Positions 1-8,485 of a DNA stretch of 44,163 bases are shown here, piece after piece (positions within the stretch are counted from its first letter, which is position 1; the number at the start of each line of letters is the position of its first letter). The position numbers were made by a program, and so were the translations under genes. The notes below the pieces were generated by a model. It was not told the DNA's origin, ran no database searches, and saw nothing but the letters and a program-made list of their open reading frames with translations. Source of the stretch: a virus; UHGV virus genome UHGV-0207246. One strand, given 5' to 3'.

Positions 1-387
1 ATGAATCTTAAAGCAACTGTCGTAGCAGGAGCATGTTTCGTCATCCTGGCTTACGCACACGGCATCTACCAGTACCGCATCGGCTGGAACGAAGGCCGCG
101 CTAATCTCGTTTCGCAGCAACAGCAGAAATCACAGGCCGAGCTGGTAAAGAAAACACAACGGCAGCAGCAGGACGAATCGAAGGCCGCCGCCGCTGACAA
201 CGAAGGCAAGACGAAATCAGAGGTGATTACCCGTGAAGTCGTTAAGTACATTAGAACGCCTGGTCGCAGCGTGTGCACTTTTGACCCTGAGCGCGTGCAG
301 CTCAAGTCCCGCGCCGTCGCAAACGCCAATTCCATCCCCGGATATGACAATGATGCAGCCGCCGTGCAAGCTGGCGCTGCCAAGTAG
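1..387 (+). CDS. i-spanin (Rz-like) candidate: N-terminal transmembrane anchor, Q/K/E-rich coiled-coil periplasmic domain, single Cys
   Basis: ORF track; N-terminal hydrophobic segment VVAGACFVILAYA then charged coiled-coil-like region; overlapped by a lipoprotein ORF in another frame; RBS AAGGAGA at window end 44154-44160 precedes ATG at 1. Confidence 0.55.
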   Translation: MNLKATVVAGACFVILAYAHGIYQYRIGWNEGRANLVSQQQQKSQAELVKKTQRQQQDESKAAAADNEGKTKSEVITREVVKYIRTPGRSVCTFDPERVQLKSRAVANANSIPGYDNDAAAVQAGAAK

Positions 388-502
388 CGACGCCGATGAG
401 GATTTGGCTATCGACGTTCAGAACGCCGAATGTGTACGGCAACTGAGGCTGAAAGTGTTCATGTTGCAGGATTACGTGAGGAACATAACAAATGCCGACT
501 AA
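233..502 (+). CDS. o-spanin (Rz1-like) candidate lipoprotein, overlapping the i-spanin gene in a different frame
   Basis: Signal peptide with lipobox LSAC followed by Pro-rich segment SSSPAPSQTPIPSP and a Cys; begins inside and extends past the 1..387 ORF (overlapped spanin architecture). Confidence 0.5.
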   Translation: MKSLSTLERLVAACALLTLSACSSSPAPSQTPIPSPDMTMMQPPCKLALPSSDADEDLAIDVQNAECVRQLRLKVFMLQDYVRNITNAD

Positions 503-620
503 ACCGTTCAGTTTAGAAGACCTTAAACACCAGAAACTTAAGAACGCTATCAAGGCTATTGCCAACCCGGTTAAGCGGGAATCTTTGTATCGCAACCGTA
601 AGCTGTGGCGGGGTAGTTGA
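492..620 (+). CDS. hypothetical small basic protein (42 aa)
   Basis: ATG at 492 with GAGGAA about 12 nt upstream; 43 codons hand-translated MPTKPFSLEDLKHQKLKNAIKAIANPVKRESLYRNRKLWRGS; below ORF-track threshold. Confidence 0.25.
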   Translation: MPTKPFSLEDLKHQKLKNAIKAIANPVKRESLYRNRKLWRGS

Positions 621-717
621 GTAAATTATTCCAGGTTGCAACATAATCAGTAATAATTTATTCTTGACATGTAAATCCGGGTGGCCCGGGTTCCAACGTC
701 CAGGGGACATACTGACT

Positions 718-1419
718 ATGAATCGTTTTTTACGTTATCCGTTCCGGGAAGAAGCTGGGGTAGAAGATAAAGCCGGTGGCGGTGGCGCGCCGAAAATGTT
801 CACCGCTGAAGAAGTTCAGGCGCTGATTGAGAAAGAAGTTGCCGGGCTTAAGGCCAATCAGGAAGCATTGCTGGCGGAGAAGAAAGAAGCCGCTCGCAAA
901 GCAAAAGAGGCCGAAGAAGAACGGCAGCGCGCACACCAGGAGGCGTTAAAAGCCGCAGGTAAGATGGACGAGTTCGAAAAGACGATTCGTAGCCAGTATG
1001 ACCCGGTGTTAGCCGAGAAAGACGGTCGCATCTCCAGAATGGCGGAGCGCATCCTCGGCAGCGAACGTAAAGCGGTGTTAGGCTCTTTCGCAGGTGACTT
1101 TATTACCCCGGAAGCAGTGGACATCCTTGCGCCGTTCGTCAAGACTGAGTTCGAAGGTGACGATGTGGTTACTAAGTTTGTTGGTGCAGACGGAAACGTA
1201 ATCACGACTGACCCGGAACAGTTCCGTAAATATCTGCGTGAACACAAAGCGTTTTCGCATTTGATTAAAGCAAATGCAGCTTCCGGCGGCGGGGCTTCCG
1301 GTAGCAAAGGCGGCGGGGCCGCACCAGCGTTTAAAGACATGAGTGAAGCGGAGCGTTTAGCTCTGTATAAATCGAACCCTGCCGAATTTGAACGGCAACT
1401 TAAAGCCCTGAGGAAATAA
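718..1419 (+). CDS. scaffolding protein candidate
   Basis: Immediately upstream of capsid gene; Ala/Glu/Lys-rich predicted coiled coil (EALLAEKKEAARKAKEAEEERQRAHQEALKAAG); start chosen at first ATG (track ORF begins at an in-frame TTG at 664). Confidence 0.5.
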   Translation: MNRFLRYPFREEAGVEDKAGGGGAPKMFTAEEVQALIEKEVAGLKANQEALLAEKKEAARKAKEAEEERQRAHQEALKAAGKMDEFEKTIRSQYDPVLAEKDGRISRMAERILGSERKAVLGSFAGDFITPEAVDILAPFVKTEFEGDDVVTKFVGADGNVITTDPEQFRKYLREHKAFSHLIKANAASGGGASGSKGGGAAPAFKDMSEAERLALYKSNPAEFERQLKALRK

Positions 1420-1421
1420 TA

Positions 1422-2471
1422 ATGGCAATTACCACTATCGGCGATATCGTAACTGGCAACATCCCGGTCCTGGCGTCTTATATGACCGAGGACCCGGTAG
1501 AAAAAACCGCGTTCTTCCAGTCTGGTATTCTGACCCCGACCCCATACGCCGCCGAGATTGCCCGCGGCCCGTCCAACATCGCTAATATTCCTTTCTGGAA
1601 AGCGATTGATACATCTATCGAGCCAAACTACTCGAACGACGTATACCAGGACATCGCTACCCCGCGTAATGTCCAGACCGGTGAGATGATGGCGCGCGTA
1701 GCTTACCTGAACGAAGGTTTTGGCCAGGCTGACCTGACCGTTGAACTGACCAGCCAGAACCCGCTGCAATCTGTGGCTTCTCGCCTGGATAACTTCTGGC
1801 AGCGCCAGGCGCAACGCCGTCTGATTGCTACTGCGCTTGGCCTGTATAATGACAACGTGGCCGCTACCGACGCATACCACGAGCAGAATGACATGGTAAT
1901 CGACGTGTCATCTACTCTGGGCTTCGACGCGGGCGCGTTCATCGACGCTACCCAGACTATGGGTGATGCTCTGATGGGTAACGGCGGTGAAGTGCTGGGC
2001 GCTATCGCGATGCACAGCTTCGTTTATGCGCAGGCCCGTAAGCAGCAGCTTATTGACTTCATCAAAGACGCCGACAACAACACCATGTTCGCCACCTACC
2101 AGGGCTACCGTGTTATTGTTGACGACAGCATGACCGTAGTCGGTACTGGCCCTAGCCGTAAGTTCATCTCCATCATCTTCGGTAACGGCGCTATCGGTTA
2201 CGGTGAAGGTTCTCCGTCCAACCCGCTGGAATACGAGCGCGAAGCGTCCCGCGGCAATGGCGGCGGCGTTGAAACCCTGTGGACCCGTAAGACCTGGTTG
2301 CTGCACCCACTGGGCTACAGCTTCACCAGTGCGGTAATCACCGGTAACGGTACTGAGACTACCCCGCGCTCTGCTTCATGGCAGGACCTGGCGAACGCCT
2401 CCAACTGGAACCGTGTTGTTGAGCGTAAGCATGTGCCGATTGCCTTCCTGGTAACTGGTGTCGGTGCTTAA
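1422..2471 (+). CDS. major capsid protein
   Basis: 349 aa ORF directly after scaffold, strong RBS GAGGAAATAATA, followed by a strong rho-independent terminator; gene order typical of HK97-fold capsid genes. Confidence 0.75.
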   Translation: MAITTIGDIVTGNIPVLASYMTEDPVEKTAFFQSGILTPTPYAAEIARGPSNIANIPFWKAIDTSIEPNYSNDVYQDIATPRNVQTGEMMARVAYLNEGFGQADLTVELTSQNPLQSVASRLDNFWQRQAQRRLIATALGLYNDNVAATDAYHEQNDMVIDVSSTLGFDAGAFIDATQTMGDALMGNGGEVLGAIAMHSFVYAQARKQQLIDFIKDADNNTMFATYQGYRVIVDDSMTVVGTGPSRKFISIIFGNGAIGYGEGSPSNPLEYEREASRGNGGGVETLWTRKTWLLHPLGYSFTSAVITGNGTETTPRSASWQDLANASNWNRVVERKHVPIAFLVTGVGA

Positions 2472-2487
2472 GGTTAAGCTATAATCG

Positions 2488-2511
2488 AGAGGGACTTCGG
2501 TCCCTCTTTTC
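2488..2511 (+). terminator. rho-independent terminator after capsid gene
   Basis: AGAGGGAC-TTCG-GTCCCTCT hairpin followed by TTTT. Confidence 0.7.
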
Positions 2512-2532
2512 ATTTACTAAGAGGATTCCTCA

Positions 2533-2874
2533 ATGGCAGACGTATTGAAACGACGCATCACCGGCGTCTCCGCTGACGCCCCGGGCGCTAAGATCGACAT
2601 GGCAACTATTTCTCCTGCGTCTTTCTCTTCCGCGCTGGCGGCTACTACCGCAGTGACCGCAGGTGAAACTATGACCCTGACCGTCGCAGTAACTGGCGGC
2701 CTGGAGCCATATTCCTACCAGTGGTACAAGAACAACAACGCTATCGCCGGGGCAAACGCTGCTTCCTATGCGAAGGCGTCCACTACTACCGCCGATTCAG
2801 GCACGTATAAAGTGGTTGTTCACGATGTGTATGGTAATATTATCTCCAGCAGCACCGTAGCAACTGTGTCTTAA
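2533..2874 (+). CDS. Ig-like domain protein (candidate capsid decoration/accessory)
   Basis: Pattern LTVAVTGGLEPYSYQWYKNNNAI...ADSGTYKVVVHDVYGN resembles bacterial Ig-like (I-set/Big) domains; paralogous domain in 42778..43239. Confidence 0.5.
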   Translation: MADVLKRRITGVSADAPGAKIDMATISPASFSSALAATTAVTAGETMTLTVAVTGGLEPYSYQWYKNNNAIAGANAASYAKASTTTADSGTYKVVVHDVYGNIISSSTVATVS

Positions 2875-2910
2875 TACAACAGCCCTTCGGGGCCGTAATA
2901 AGGAAAGGTC

Positions 2911-3090
2911 ATGGCAGATAATTATGTAATCCGAGAAAAGTATACCCACGTTGACATTGTCGATGGTCAGGTGATGCCTGTTCGCGGTGTGGTAGAAGCG
3001 GATGAACTGGTTGCAACCCAACAGGACAACGAAGAAGCGCACAACAACGGCGGCGGTACCAAGCGTCGTCGCCGTAAGTCAGAGGAATAA
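2911..3090 (+). CDS. hypothetical small protein (59 aa) with basic C-terminus GGGTKRRRRKSEE
   Basis: ATG at 2911 with RBS AAGGAAAGG; 60 codons hand-translated; below ORF-track threshold. Confidence 0.4.
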   Translation: MADNYVIREKYTHVDIVDGQVMPVRGVVEADELVATQQDNEEAHNNGGGTKRRRRKSEE

Positions 3091-3093
3091 TTT

Positions 3094-3606
3094 ATGCCGC
3101 TAATCGTGGAAGATGGGTCAATAGTACCTGGCGCTGACAGTTACATTAGTCTGGCTGACGCCCGCGCGTTAGCGGCTAATTATGGTCTGGAGTTGCCGGC
3201 AGACGATACCGCCGCAGAGGTGGCCTTGCGAAACGGCGCTACTTATGTAGGGCTTGCAGAACCGCAGATGTGCGGGCGTCGCGTATCCGCTGAACAGTCT
3301 CTGGCGTACCCTCGCACCGGTGTTACGTTAAACGGGTTCCCTGTCGCGAACAACGCCATTCCGAAACAGGTAATTCTTGCGCAGGTAATCGCCACGGCTA
3401 CATACGGTGCGGGTACTGAGGTTCGGGCTAACTCAGACGGTCGTTCCGTGCAGACTGAGCGTGTAGAGGGTGCAGTGACAGTGACCTACTTCAACAATGG
3501 CGACAGTGGGGCCACAACCGCGATTACCGCGGCGGATGACGCTCTACGCCCGTTACTGTGTGGTGGTCTCAACAATGGCTTCTCGTTTAACGTGTACCGG
3601 GGTTAA
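3094..3606 (+). CDS. head-tail connector/adaptor protein candidate
   Basis: Position between capsid and tail genes; weak resemblance to gp6-like connector N-termini; function inferred mainly from synteny. Confidence 0.4.
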   Translation: MPLIVEDGSIVPGADSYISLADARALAANYGLELPADDTAAEVALRNGATYVGLAEPQMCGRRVSAEQSLAYPRTGVTLNGFPVANNAIPKQVILAQVIATATYGAGTEVRANSDGRSVQTERVEGAVTVTYFNNGDSGATTAITAADDALRPLLCGGLNNGFSFNVYRG

Positions 3607-3608
3607 AA

Positions 3609-4223
3609 ATGGCGAAGACTAAATCAGAGATGTTTACCCTTATCGGAGCGAACCTTCCCGATAACACCACCGGGCTTATCACCCCCGAGAAGTTACGCGA
3701 AGTAATGACACAGATGGCCGACTCACCTATTTACGCCACTCCGGGGGTTAAAGAGGTTGAAGTCCTTCGCGCTGCGTCTACCGTAATACAGGCGCCAACA
3801 GCGACGGACACGGCGTTGCAGTTAACTTTCGGCTCCGCTCAGGGAAGTACATCCGACCCGGTAATGATTAATGCTGCGGGGCTGGTTACGTTCAACGCCG
3901 CGGGTAACTACGCCGTTCGCATCAAGTTACAGGCTGGTCGTACTGGTGCGAGCGGGACGTCTATTCTGCTATCACGCATTTTAATAAACGGCACTCAATA
4001 CGGATCTCCGGCAGCTACGAAACTGGTCAGCGCGGATGTGACCATTCCTATTGAATCCCGCGTCGTTATTAACCCTACCGCAGGTCAGACGTTTGCTGTT
4101 CAGATTATGCGAGATAGCGCCGGAACTAACTTCGGCGGCGTATACCCACAAGCAGCTACTGTAACCGCATGGGGCACCGCGCCATCCGCGCTACTGGTTA
4201 TCTCGAGACTGGAGGCCGCGTAA
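3609..4223 (+). CDS. hypothetical structural protein
   Basis: ORF track; synteny within head-tail joining module. Confidence 0.4.
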   Translation: MAKTKSEMFTLIGANLPDNTTGLITPEKLREVMTQMADSPIYATPGVKEVEVLRAASTVIQAPTATDTALQLTFGSAQGSTSDPVMINAAGLVTFNAAGNYAVRIKLQAGRTGASGTSILLSRILINGTQYGSPAATKLVSADVTIPIESRVVINPTAGQTFAVQIMRDSAGTNFGGVYPQAATVTAWGTAPSALLVISRLEAA

Positions 4224-4321
4224 TGAATAAGTTCTTATGGGGCGCAGTTTTTGGTTTTCTTACCGCGGTAGTCTTGCACAGTTACGGTGTTCTTTTGACG
4301 CTGCAAGAGGTGTTAAAATGA
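4223..4321 (+). CDS. hypothetical small hydrophobic peptide (32 aa)
   Basis: TAATG overlap with upstream stop and ATGA overlap with downstream start; RBS GGAGG 8 nt upstream; MNKFLWGAVFGFLTAVVLHSYGVLLTLQEVLK. Confidence 0.3.
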   Translation: MNKFLWGAVFGFLTAVVLHSYGVLLTLQEVLK

Positions 4322-4677
4322 GCACAGCTTTCAGTAAACGTATGCAAGGCGTTGGTACACGCCTGCTAACCAAATTCGGCAGCACAGTATCTCTAATTCG
4401 TTCCGGCTCGAAAGTGTGGGATGAAGTTCTCGGTGAGTACGTCTGGTCTGATGATGAAGTGCTGCCGTTGAATGCCGTCCCGGTTCCGGTAAACGTGGAA
4501 CGGGTAAACGGTACGACGATTCAGGCCGGTGACGTGATTGTTAAAGCCGATTGCAGTGTCGTTCCGAAGATGGAAGACAAGGTGCAATTTGACGGCGGGC
4601 AATGGTCTGTCGTAGCCATCGAGAAGAAGATGGTTAATGGTGATGTCGTAGCCTACTTTATTCAGGTGAGAAAATGA
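4318..4677 (+). CDS. head completion / head-tail joining protein candidate
   Basis: Start at internal ATG with RBS AGAGGTG; synteny. Confidence 0.4.
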   Translation: MSTAFSKRMQGVGTRLLTKFGSTVSLIRSGSKVWDEVLGEYVWSDDEVLPLNAVPVPVNVERVNGTTIQAGDVIVKADCSVVPKMEDKVQFDGGQWSVVAIEKKMVNGDVVAYFIQVRK

Positions 4678-5069
4678 GTTTCGCGCTTGATGTCTCTAAG
4701 TTCGTCGAAAAGGCGAAGAAGAATCCCGAGAAGGTGATGCGTCAGGTGTCTATCAAGTTGTTTTCCGCTATCATAAAGGCGAGTCCGGTAGATACAGGCC
4801 GATTCCGTATGAACTGGATGGCATCCGGCGGTACTCCTGCTCCCGGAGTTACAGATGCAACGGATAAATCAGGGAACATAGCTACTGGAAACGCTACAAG
4901 TTTCGTGCTGAAAGCCGCTGACTGGCACGAGTTTACGCTGACAAATAACCTGCCGTATGCACAACGGCTGGAGTATGGTTGGTCACAACAGGCGCCAGCC
5001 GGGGTTGTCAGGACTAATATATCGCGTTTCCAGCAACTCATTAATGAAGAAGCCAACAAGGTGAAATGA
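4674..5069 (+). CDS. tail completion / neck protein (HK97 gp10-like)
   Basis: Motif PVDTGRFRMNW resembles the conserved PVDTGRLR motif of HK97 gp10-family proteins; ATGA-coupled to neighbours. Confidence 0.5.
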   Translation: MSFALDVSKFVEKAKKNPEKVMRQVSIKLFSAIIKASPVDTGRFRMNWMASGGTPAPGVTDATDKSGNIATGNATSFVLKAADWHEFTLTNNLPYAQRLEYGWSQQAPAGVVRTNISRFQQLINEEANKVK

Positions 5070-5482
5070 TGGGCTACTTTGAGGACTTAACAAAAGCGTT
5101 CGATGTGCCGCTGGTAGCCTTCGGAACCGCCAACGGCATCAAGGTTGCACTTGAAAACATCGACGCGCCGACGTCAACCGATACCCCGTATCTGGCGAGT
5201 TACATGCTACTCGCGGATACCGAGCAGGCGGATTTGTTCTTCACGGAACAACGCTCTGGTATCTATCAGGTCGACATTAACTACGCATCGGTGAAAGGTA
5301 GCGCGCCAATCAATAAAATGGCAGACTTACTTAACACGGCGTTTAAAGCAGGTAAGTCATTTTCACGTAACGACATCTGCGCCGAGGTTCAATCGGTTAG
5401 CCTGGGGCCGCTGATTGTAGAAAACGGATGGGCCAAACGGCCATTGTCAATTAACTTTATTGCATTCACCAAGAGGCTGTGA
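5066..5482 (+). CDS. tail terminator protein candidate
   Basis: Synteny immediately upstream of major tail protein. Confidence 0.4.
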   Translation: MMGYFEDLTKAFDVPLVAFGTANGIKVALENIDAPTSTDTPYLASYMLLADTEQADLFFTEQRSGIYQVDINYASVKGSAPINKMADLLNTAFKAGKSFSRNDICAEVQSVSLGPLIVENGWAKRPLSINFIAFTKRL

Positions 5483-6651
5483 ATATGGCTACAACTCCTT
5501 TTAAGGGCGCGAATACCGCGCAATTCTATGTGGCGGAAGTGACCCCGGGCGTAACACCGGATAACCCGGTATGGTCGCCGTTGCGCAATACGGGCGGTGT
5601 TCCGGCCATTACCCGCGACACGCTGACCTCCAATGAACTTGACGGCAGCCGTGAAACTACATCCATCCGCACCGGCAACAAGCAGGTTAGCGGAGAATAC
5701 GCTATTGAGCTTAGCTCGAAAAGCCAGGACGACTGGTTAGCCGGGGCTTTAGGCTCTACGTGGCAATCCGGCGTTTCTCTGTCCGGGCTGTCTATTACCG
5801 TCGCACCGGCGGGAAAGACATTCACCCGTGCAGAAGGTAGCTTTATTTCTGACGGCGTTGAAGTGGGGGACTTAATCGCGTTCACCGATTTAACTGGCGA
5901 TAACGCCAAACCGTTTATCGTAACCGAGGTAAGTGCGACAGTTGTCACCGGTGCTGGTACCCAACATACTCTGACCACTGAGACCGCCACTACTGCGGCT
6001 AAAACTGGCGATAAGCTGGAAACCGGTAGCCAGTGTAAGACGTTCTCTATTCTCACCTGGTACAAAGGCCAGTGTGGTGGGGCCGACGCGTACACGCTGA
6101 CCAAAGGCGTGGAAGTTTCTGGCTTCACTATTGAGCAGGCCGTTAACGCGATGGTAACTGGCAGCTTCCCGTTCATCGGTCGCAGTCAGGAGATTCTCGC
6201 CACGCAGCCGACAGGTTCTGATTTCTCCTCTGTCACGTTTGGTGACGAGCCGTTCTCTTCGGTTGACGTTTCTGTGTTCGATGGCTCAACACCGTTGCGC
6301 TGCGACAGCCTGGCCATCACCAACGACAACAGCGCGTCCGCTCAGTTCGAACTCGGCAACACTAACGTGGCGTTTGTGGAGCGTAGCCGCGCGGCTAACA
6401 CCTTCTCTATCTCTGGTAAGCTGTACGACATGGCTATGATTCAGAAGTTTATCAACGAACAGCAGGTAGAGATTAACTCTATTCTGGCGGGGGTAAACGG
6501 GGCTATGTCTTTCAGTTTAAAACGTGCGGAACTGACAGCGGTTACACCTGAGATTGGCGGACCTGAGTCAATCACTCAGTCTATTGAAGGCCAGGCTACT
6601 GGCAACCAGTACCAGTCGTCTATTGTTATTCAGCGTATCACCTACGCATAA
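5479..6651 (+). CDS. major tail (tube) protein
   Basis: 390 aa ORF after neck genes and before chaperone/tape-measure genes; followed by strong terminator. Confidence 0.6.
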   Translation: MNMATTPFKGANTAQFYVAEVTPGVTPDNPVWSPLRNTGGVPAITRDTLTSNELDGSRETTSIRTGNKQVSGEYAIELSSKSQDDWLAGALGSTWQSGVSLSGLSITVAPAGKTFTRAEGSFISDGVEVGDLIAFTDLTGDNAKPFIVTEVSATVVTGAGTQHTLTTETATTAAKTGDKLETGSQCKTFSILTWYKGQCGGADAYTLTKGVEVSGFTIEQAVNAMVTGSFPFIGRSQEILATQPTGSDFSSVTFGDEPFSSVDVSVFDGSTPLRCDSLAITNDNSASAQFELGNTNVAFVERSRAANTFSISGKLYDMAMIQKFINEQQVEINSILAGVNGAMSFSLKRAELTAVTPEIGGPESITQSIEGQATGNQYQSSIVIQRITYA

Positions 6652-6655
6652 AACT

Positions 6656-6679
6656 AAGGCCCCGAAAGGGGCCTTTTCT
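6656..6679. terminator. bidirectional rho-independent terminator
   Basis: AAGGCCCC-GAAA-GGGGCCTT flanked by A-run and T-run between convergent genes. Confidence 0.75.
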
Positions 6680-6909
6680 TACTCATCAATATTGCTTCGG
6701 TATTCCCGTAACTTCTCCAGACTTTCAATTGCTTCCGCTAAGTCTGTTCCGGTATCCTTGTGACCGCGCAGGCCCATACACAACAGCTTCTTCAATGCGT
6801 GCTGTAGCGCCGGGTCACGGATATCGAAAGCACGGAGAACATCATAAACGTCTACTGTCATAGTGCTGCCGTGAATGTTTGTCATTGTTCGGTTGTATTT
6901 TGAAGTCAT
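6679..6909 (-). CDS. DUF3310-like small phage protein
   Basis: Pattern VYDVLRAF...LQHALKKLLCMGLRGHKDTG.DLAEAIESLEKL resembles the DUF3310 family consensus (from memory). Confidence 0.45.
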   Translation of the reverse strand: MTSKYNRTMTNIHGSTMTVDVYDVLRAFDIRDPALQHALKKLLCMGLRGHKDTGTDLAEAIESLEKLREYRSNIDE

Positions 6910-8036
6910 CCCAGCATCTCCGGTGAAATAGTTAAACGTGCGACCTCACCATATTCGGCGCTATAAGTAATTACATTAGCACTGCGGCCCGACATCCATC
7001 CGCCGCGGGAGGCGTAGGCGTCTTTAGCCGCTAAGGTGCGGTGTTGCTCAACAACCATGTTACGGCTTTCTACAATCTTCTGGTGGTGCAGATGGCCTAC
7101 GTGGGCGTAGCTGTAAACACTCTCGCCGAACGCTTTGCGGAACTTGGCAATCATAACCGGTTCGATAGCATCGAAGCGCGATTTATGCCCGTGGTGAAAG
7201 AACAACGTCGTTTTGCCGTGTTGCACCATCTTGTAAACGTCTGGTGACGTATCGACAATCACTCGGCTGTCGTTTGAGTATAAAACCGTGAACATTTCGG
7301 CGAGCCATACAGAGCCTACAGGGTCGTGGTTACCTTGAACTATTAAGAGTTTGACTGTGTGATGTTTAACAAGCGCCATATCGACAACACGACGCACCAT
7401 ACGAATCATGTAGCGAACTAGTTTCTGATAGCGAGTATCGGCGTCTAACACATGACGCGACTCAGGGGTAACGGCATCAAGACTATCGAAGTGCGCGAAG
7501 TCTCCTAGCAGATTAATAACTCCTGTTCCCGCGTCCGGTGCTTTCTGAAACGCCGCGTCGAACCATCGAGAGAACAGGTCTTCTGCAATCTTCATGTCCC
7601 AGTCGTCGCCGCTCTCGTCTGCCCATGCAAGCATACCGAGATGGAAATCAGACACAGTGTAAAGATTGAGAAGTTTATCGTCGCGTTTGGCGCGAGTCGC
7701 TTTAACAGGCGCAACAGGTGTAATCTCTGACTTCATGCCTTCAATTACGGCTTTCATCAACTCGACCTGACGTTCAGCATCGGTGTCAGTCTTAACCCAT
7801 TGCAACTTAGTGTTGCCGAACTCGTCCACCAGGGACGACGTGCCTTTAATCTTGTAGCCGTCCGGCACAAGGTGACTAACGTCGCGCCCGTGGCCTACAC
7901 CTTTCTTAGCCAGCTTCGCTTTACGGATACGAATAACGCGGTCTGAGATGCCGTATTTACGGGCGATATCAATAATCTTCATCCCGGCGTTCAATTCTTC
8001 CTGTAACTGTTCGTCGGTTATTTTCTTCTGGGCCAT
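6906..8036 (-). CDS. N-terminal HTH domain fused to calcineurin-like metallophosphoesterase
   Basis: MPP motifs in order: DFHLG, GDFAHFD, GNHD, GHLHH; N-terminal IIDIARKYGISDRVIRIRKAKL is HTH-like; RBS GAGGAAG. Confidence 0.65.
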   Translation of the reverse strand: MAQKKITDEQLQEELNAGMKIIDIARKYGISDRVIRIRKAKLAKKGVGHGRDVSHLVPDGYKIKGTSSLVDEFGNTKLQWVKTDTDAERQVELMKAVIEGMKSEITPVAPVKATRAKRDDKLLNLYTVSDFHLGMLAWADESGDDWDMKIAEDLFSRWFDAAFQKAPDAGTGVINLLGDFAHFDSLDAVTPESRHVLDADTRYQKLVRYMIRMVRRVVDMALVKHHTVKLLIVQGNHDPVGSVWLAEMFTVLYSNDSRVIVDTSPDVYKMVQHGKTTLFFHHGHKSRFDAIEPVMIAKFRKAFGESVYSYAHVGHLHHQKIVESRNMVVEQHRTLAAKDAYASRGGWMSGRSANVITYSAEYGEVARLTISPEMLG

Positions 8037-8101
8037 GCTTACTTCCTCGTGTTTAGGATTTGTCCTATTTAACCACAGTGCATTCCTTTAAATAAAGGCG
8101 A

Positions 8102-8428
8102 CTATTTACTTTCTGCGCCTATCGCCCACCCTGTCATTACCATTTGCAGACGGGTGGCTGTCAGTAGGCTATAGAAAGCATCTCCGTTTTTCTCTACCGA
8201 ACGTATCACTGTGTAGGTTACGGCCTGCGGGGGTAGGCCCGATTTACCAACCTCTACAGCGGCCTCACACTCGCGAACGGTAGAGTCCTTAAATGCCTTT
8301 ACAATAGTAGGGTCGGCTTTATCGAGAACACCAGAAGTCATAAGAACAGATTCACTAAATACCTGTTCGCACGGAGACCCAAAAGCGGCAAAAGACATAA
8401 ACCCCAGAGCTAATACTAATTTACGCAT
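8102..8428 (-). CDS. secreted/periplasmic protein (signal peptide), function unknown
   Basis: N-terminal MRKLVLALGFMSFAAFGS signal-peptide-like; first gene downstream of an early-type promoter. Confidence 0.5.
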   Translation of the reverse strand: MRKLVLALGFMSFAAFGSPCEQVFSESVLMTSGVLDKADPTIVKAFKDSTVRECEAAVEVGKSGLPPQAVTYTVIRSVEKNGDAFYSLLTATRLQMVMTGWAIGAESK

Positions 8429-8456
8429 AATTATTTCCTCAGTAGGTTACAGGTGA

Positions 8457-8485
8457 ATAGTACCCTATTATATTGGGGTGTGCAA
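8457..8485 (-). promoter_or_regulatory. class I early-type promoter (TTGCAC-17-TACTAT) for the minus-strand island
   Basis: Reverse complement TTGCACACCCCAATATAATAGGGTACTATTCACC matches the 30384-30412 promoter at about 32 of 35 positions; contains AATAG-N4-CTATT inverted repeat. Confidence 0.6.

Noticed and set aside
665-693. Perfect TTGACA upstream of the scaffold gene
   Set aside because: No acceptable -10 hexamer at 16-18 bp (the spacer runs into a CCGGG-TGG-CCCGG hairpin); a weaker TTGCAA-17-TATTCT alternative at 628-656 is possible but unconvincing
858-1880. 340-aa minus-strand ORF antisense to scaffold and capsid genes
   Set aside because: Low-complexity Ala/Ser/Arg-rich translation, no RBS or promoter, and it lies antisense to highly expressed genes in the codon-register frame where stops are naturally rare; judged a shadow ORF
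5526-6176. 216-aa minus-strand ORF inside the major tail protein gene
   Set aside because: Antisense shadow with Ser/Pro/Val-rich low-complexity sequence and no start context
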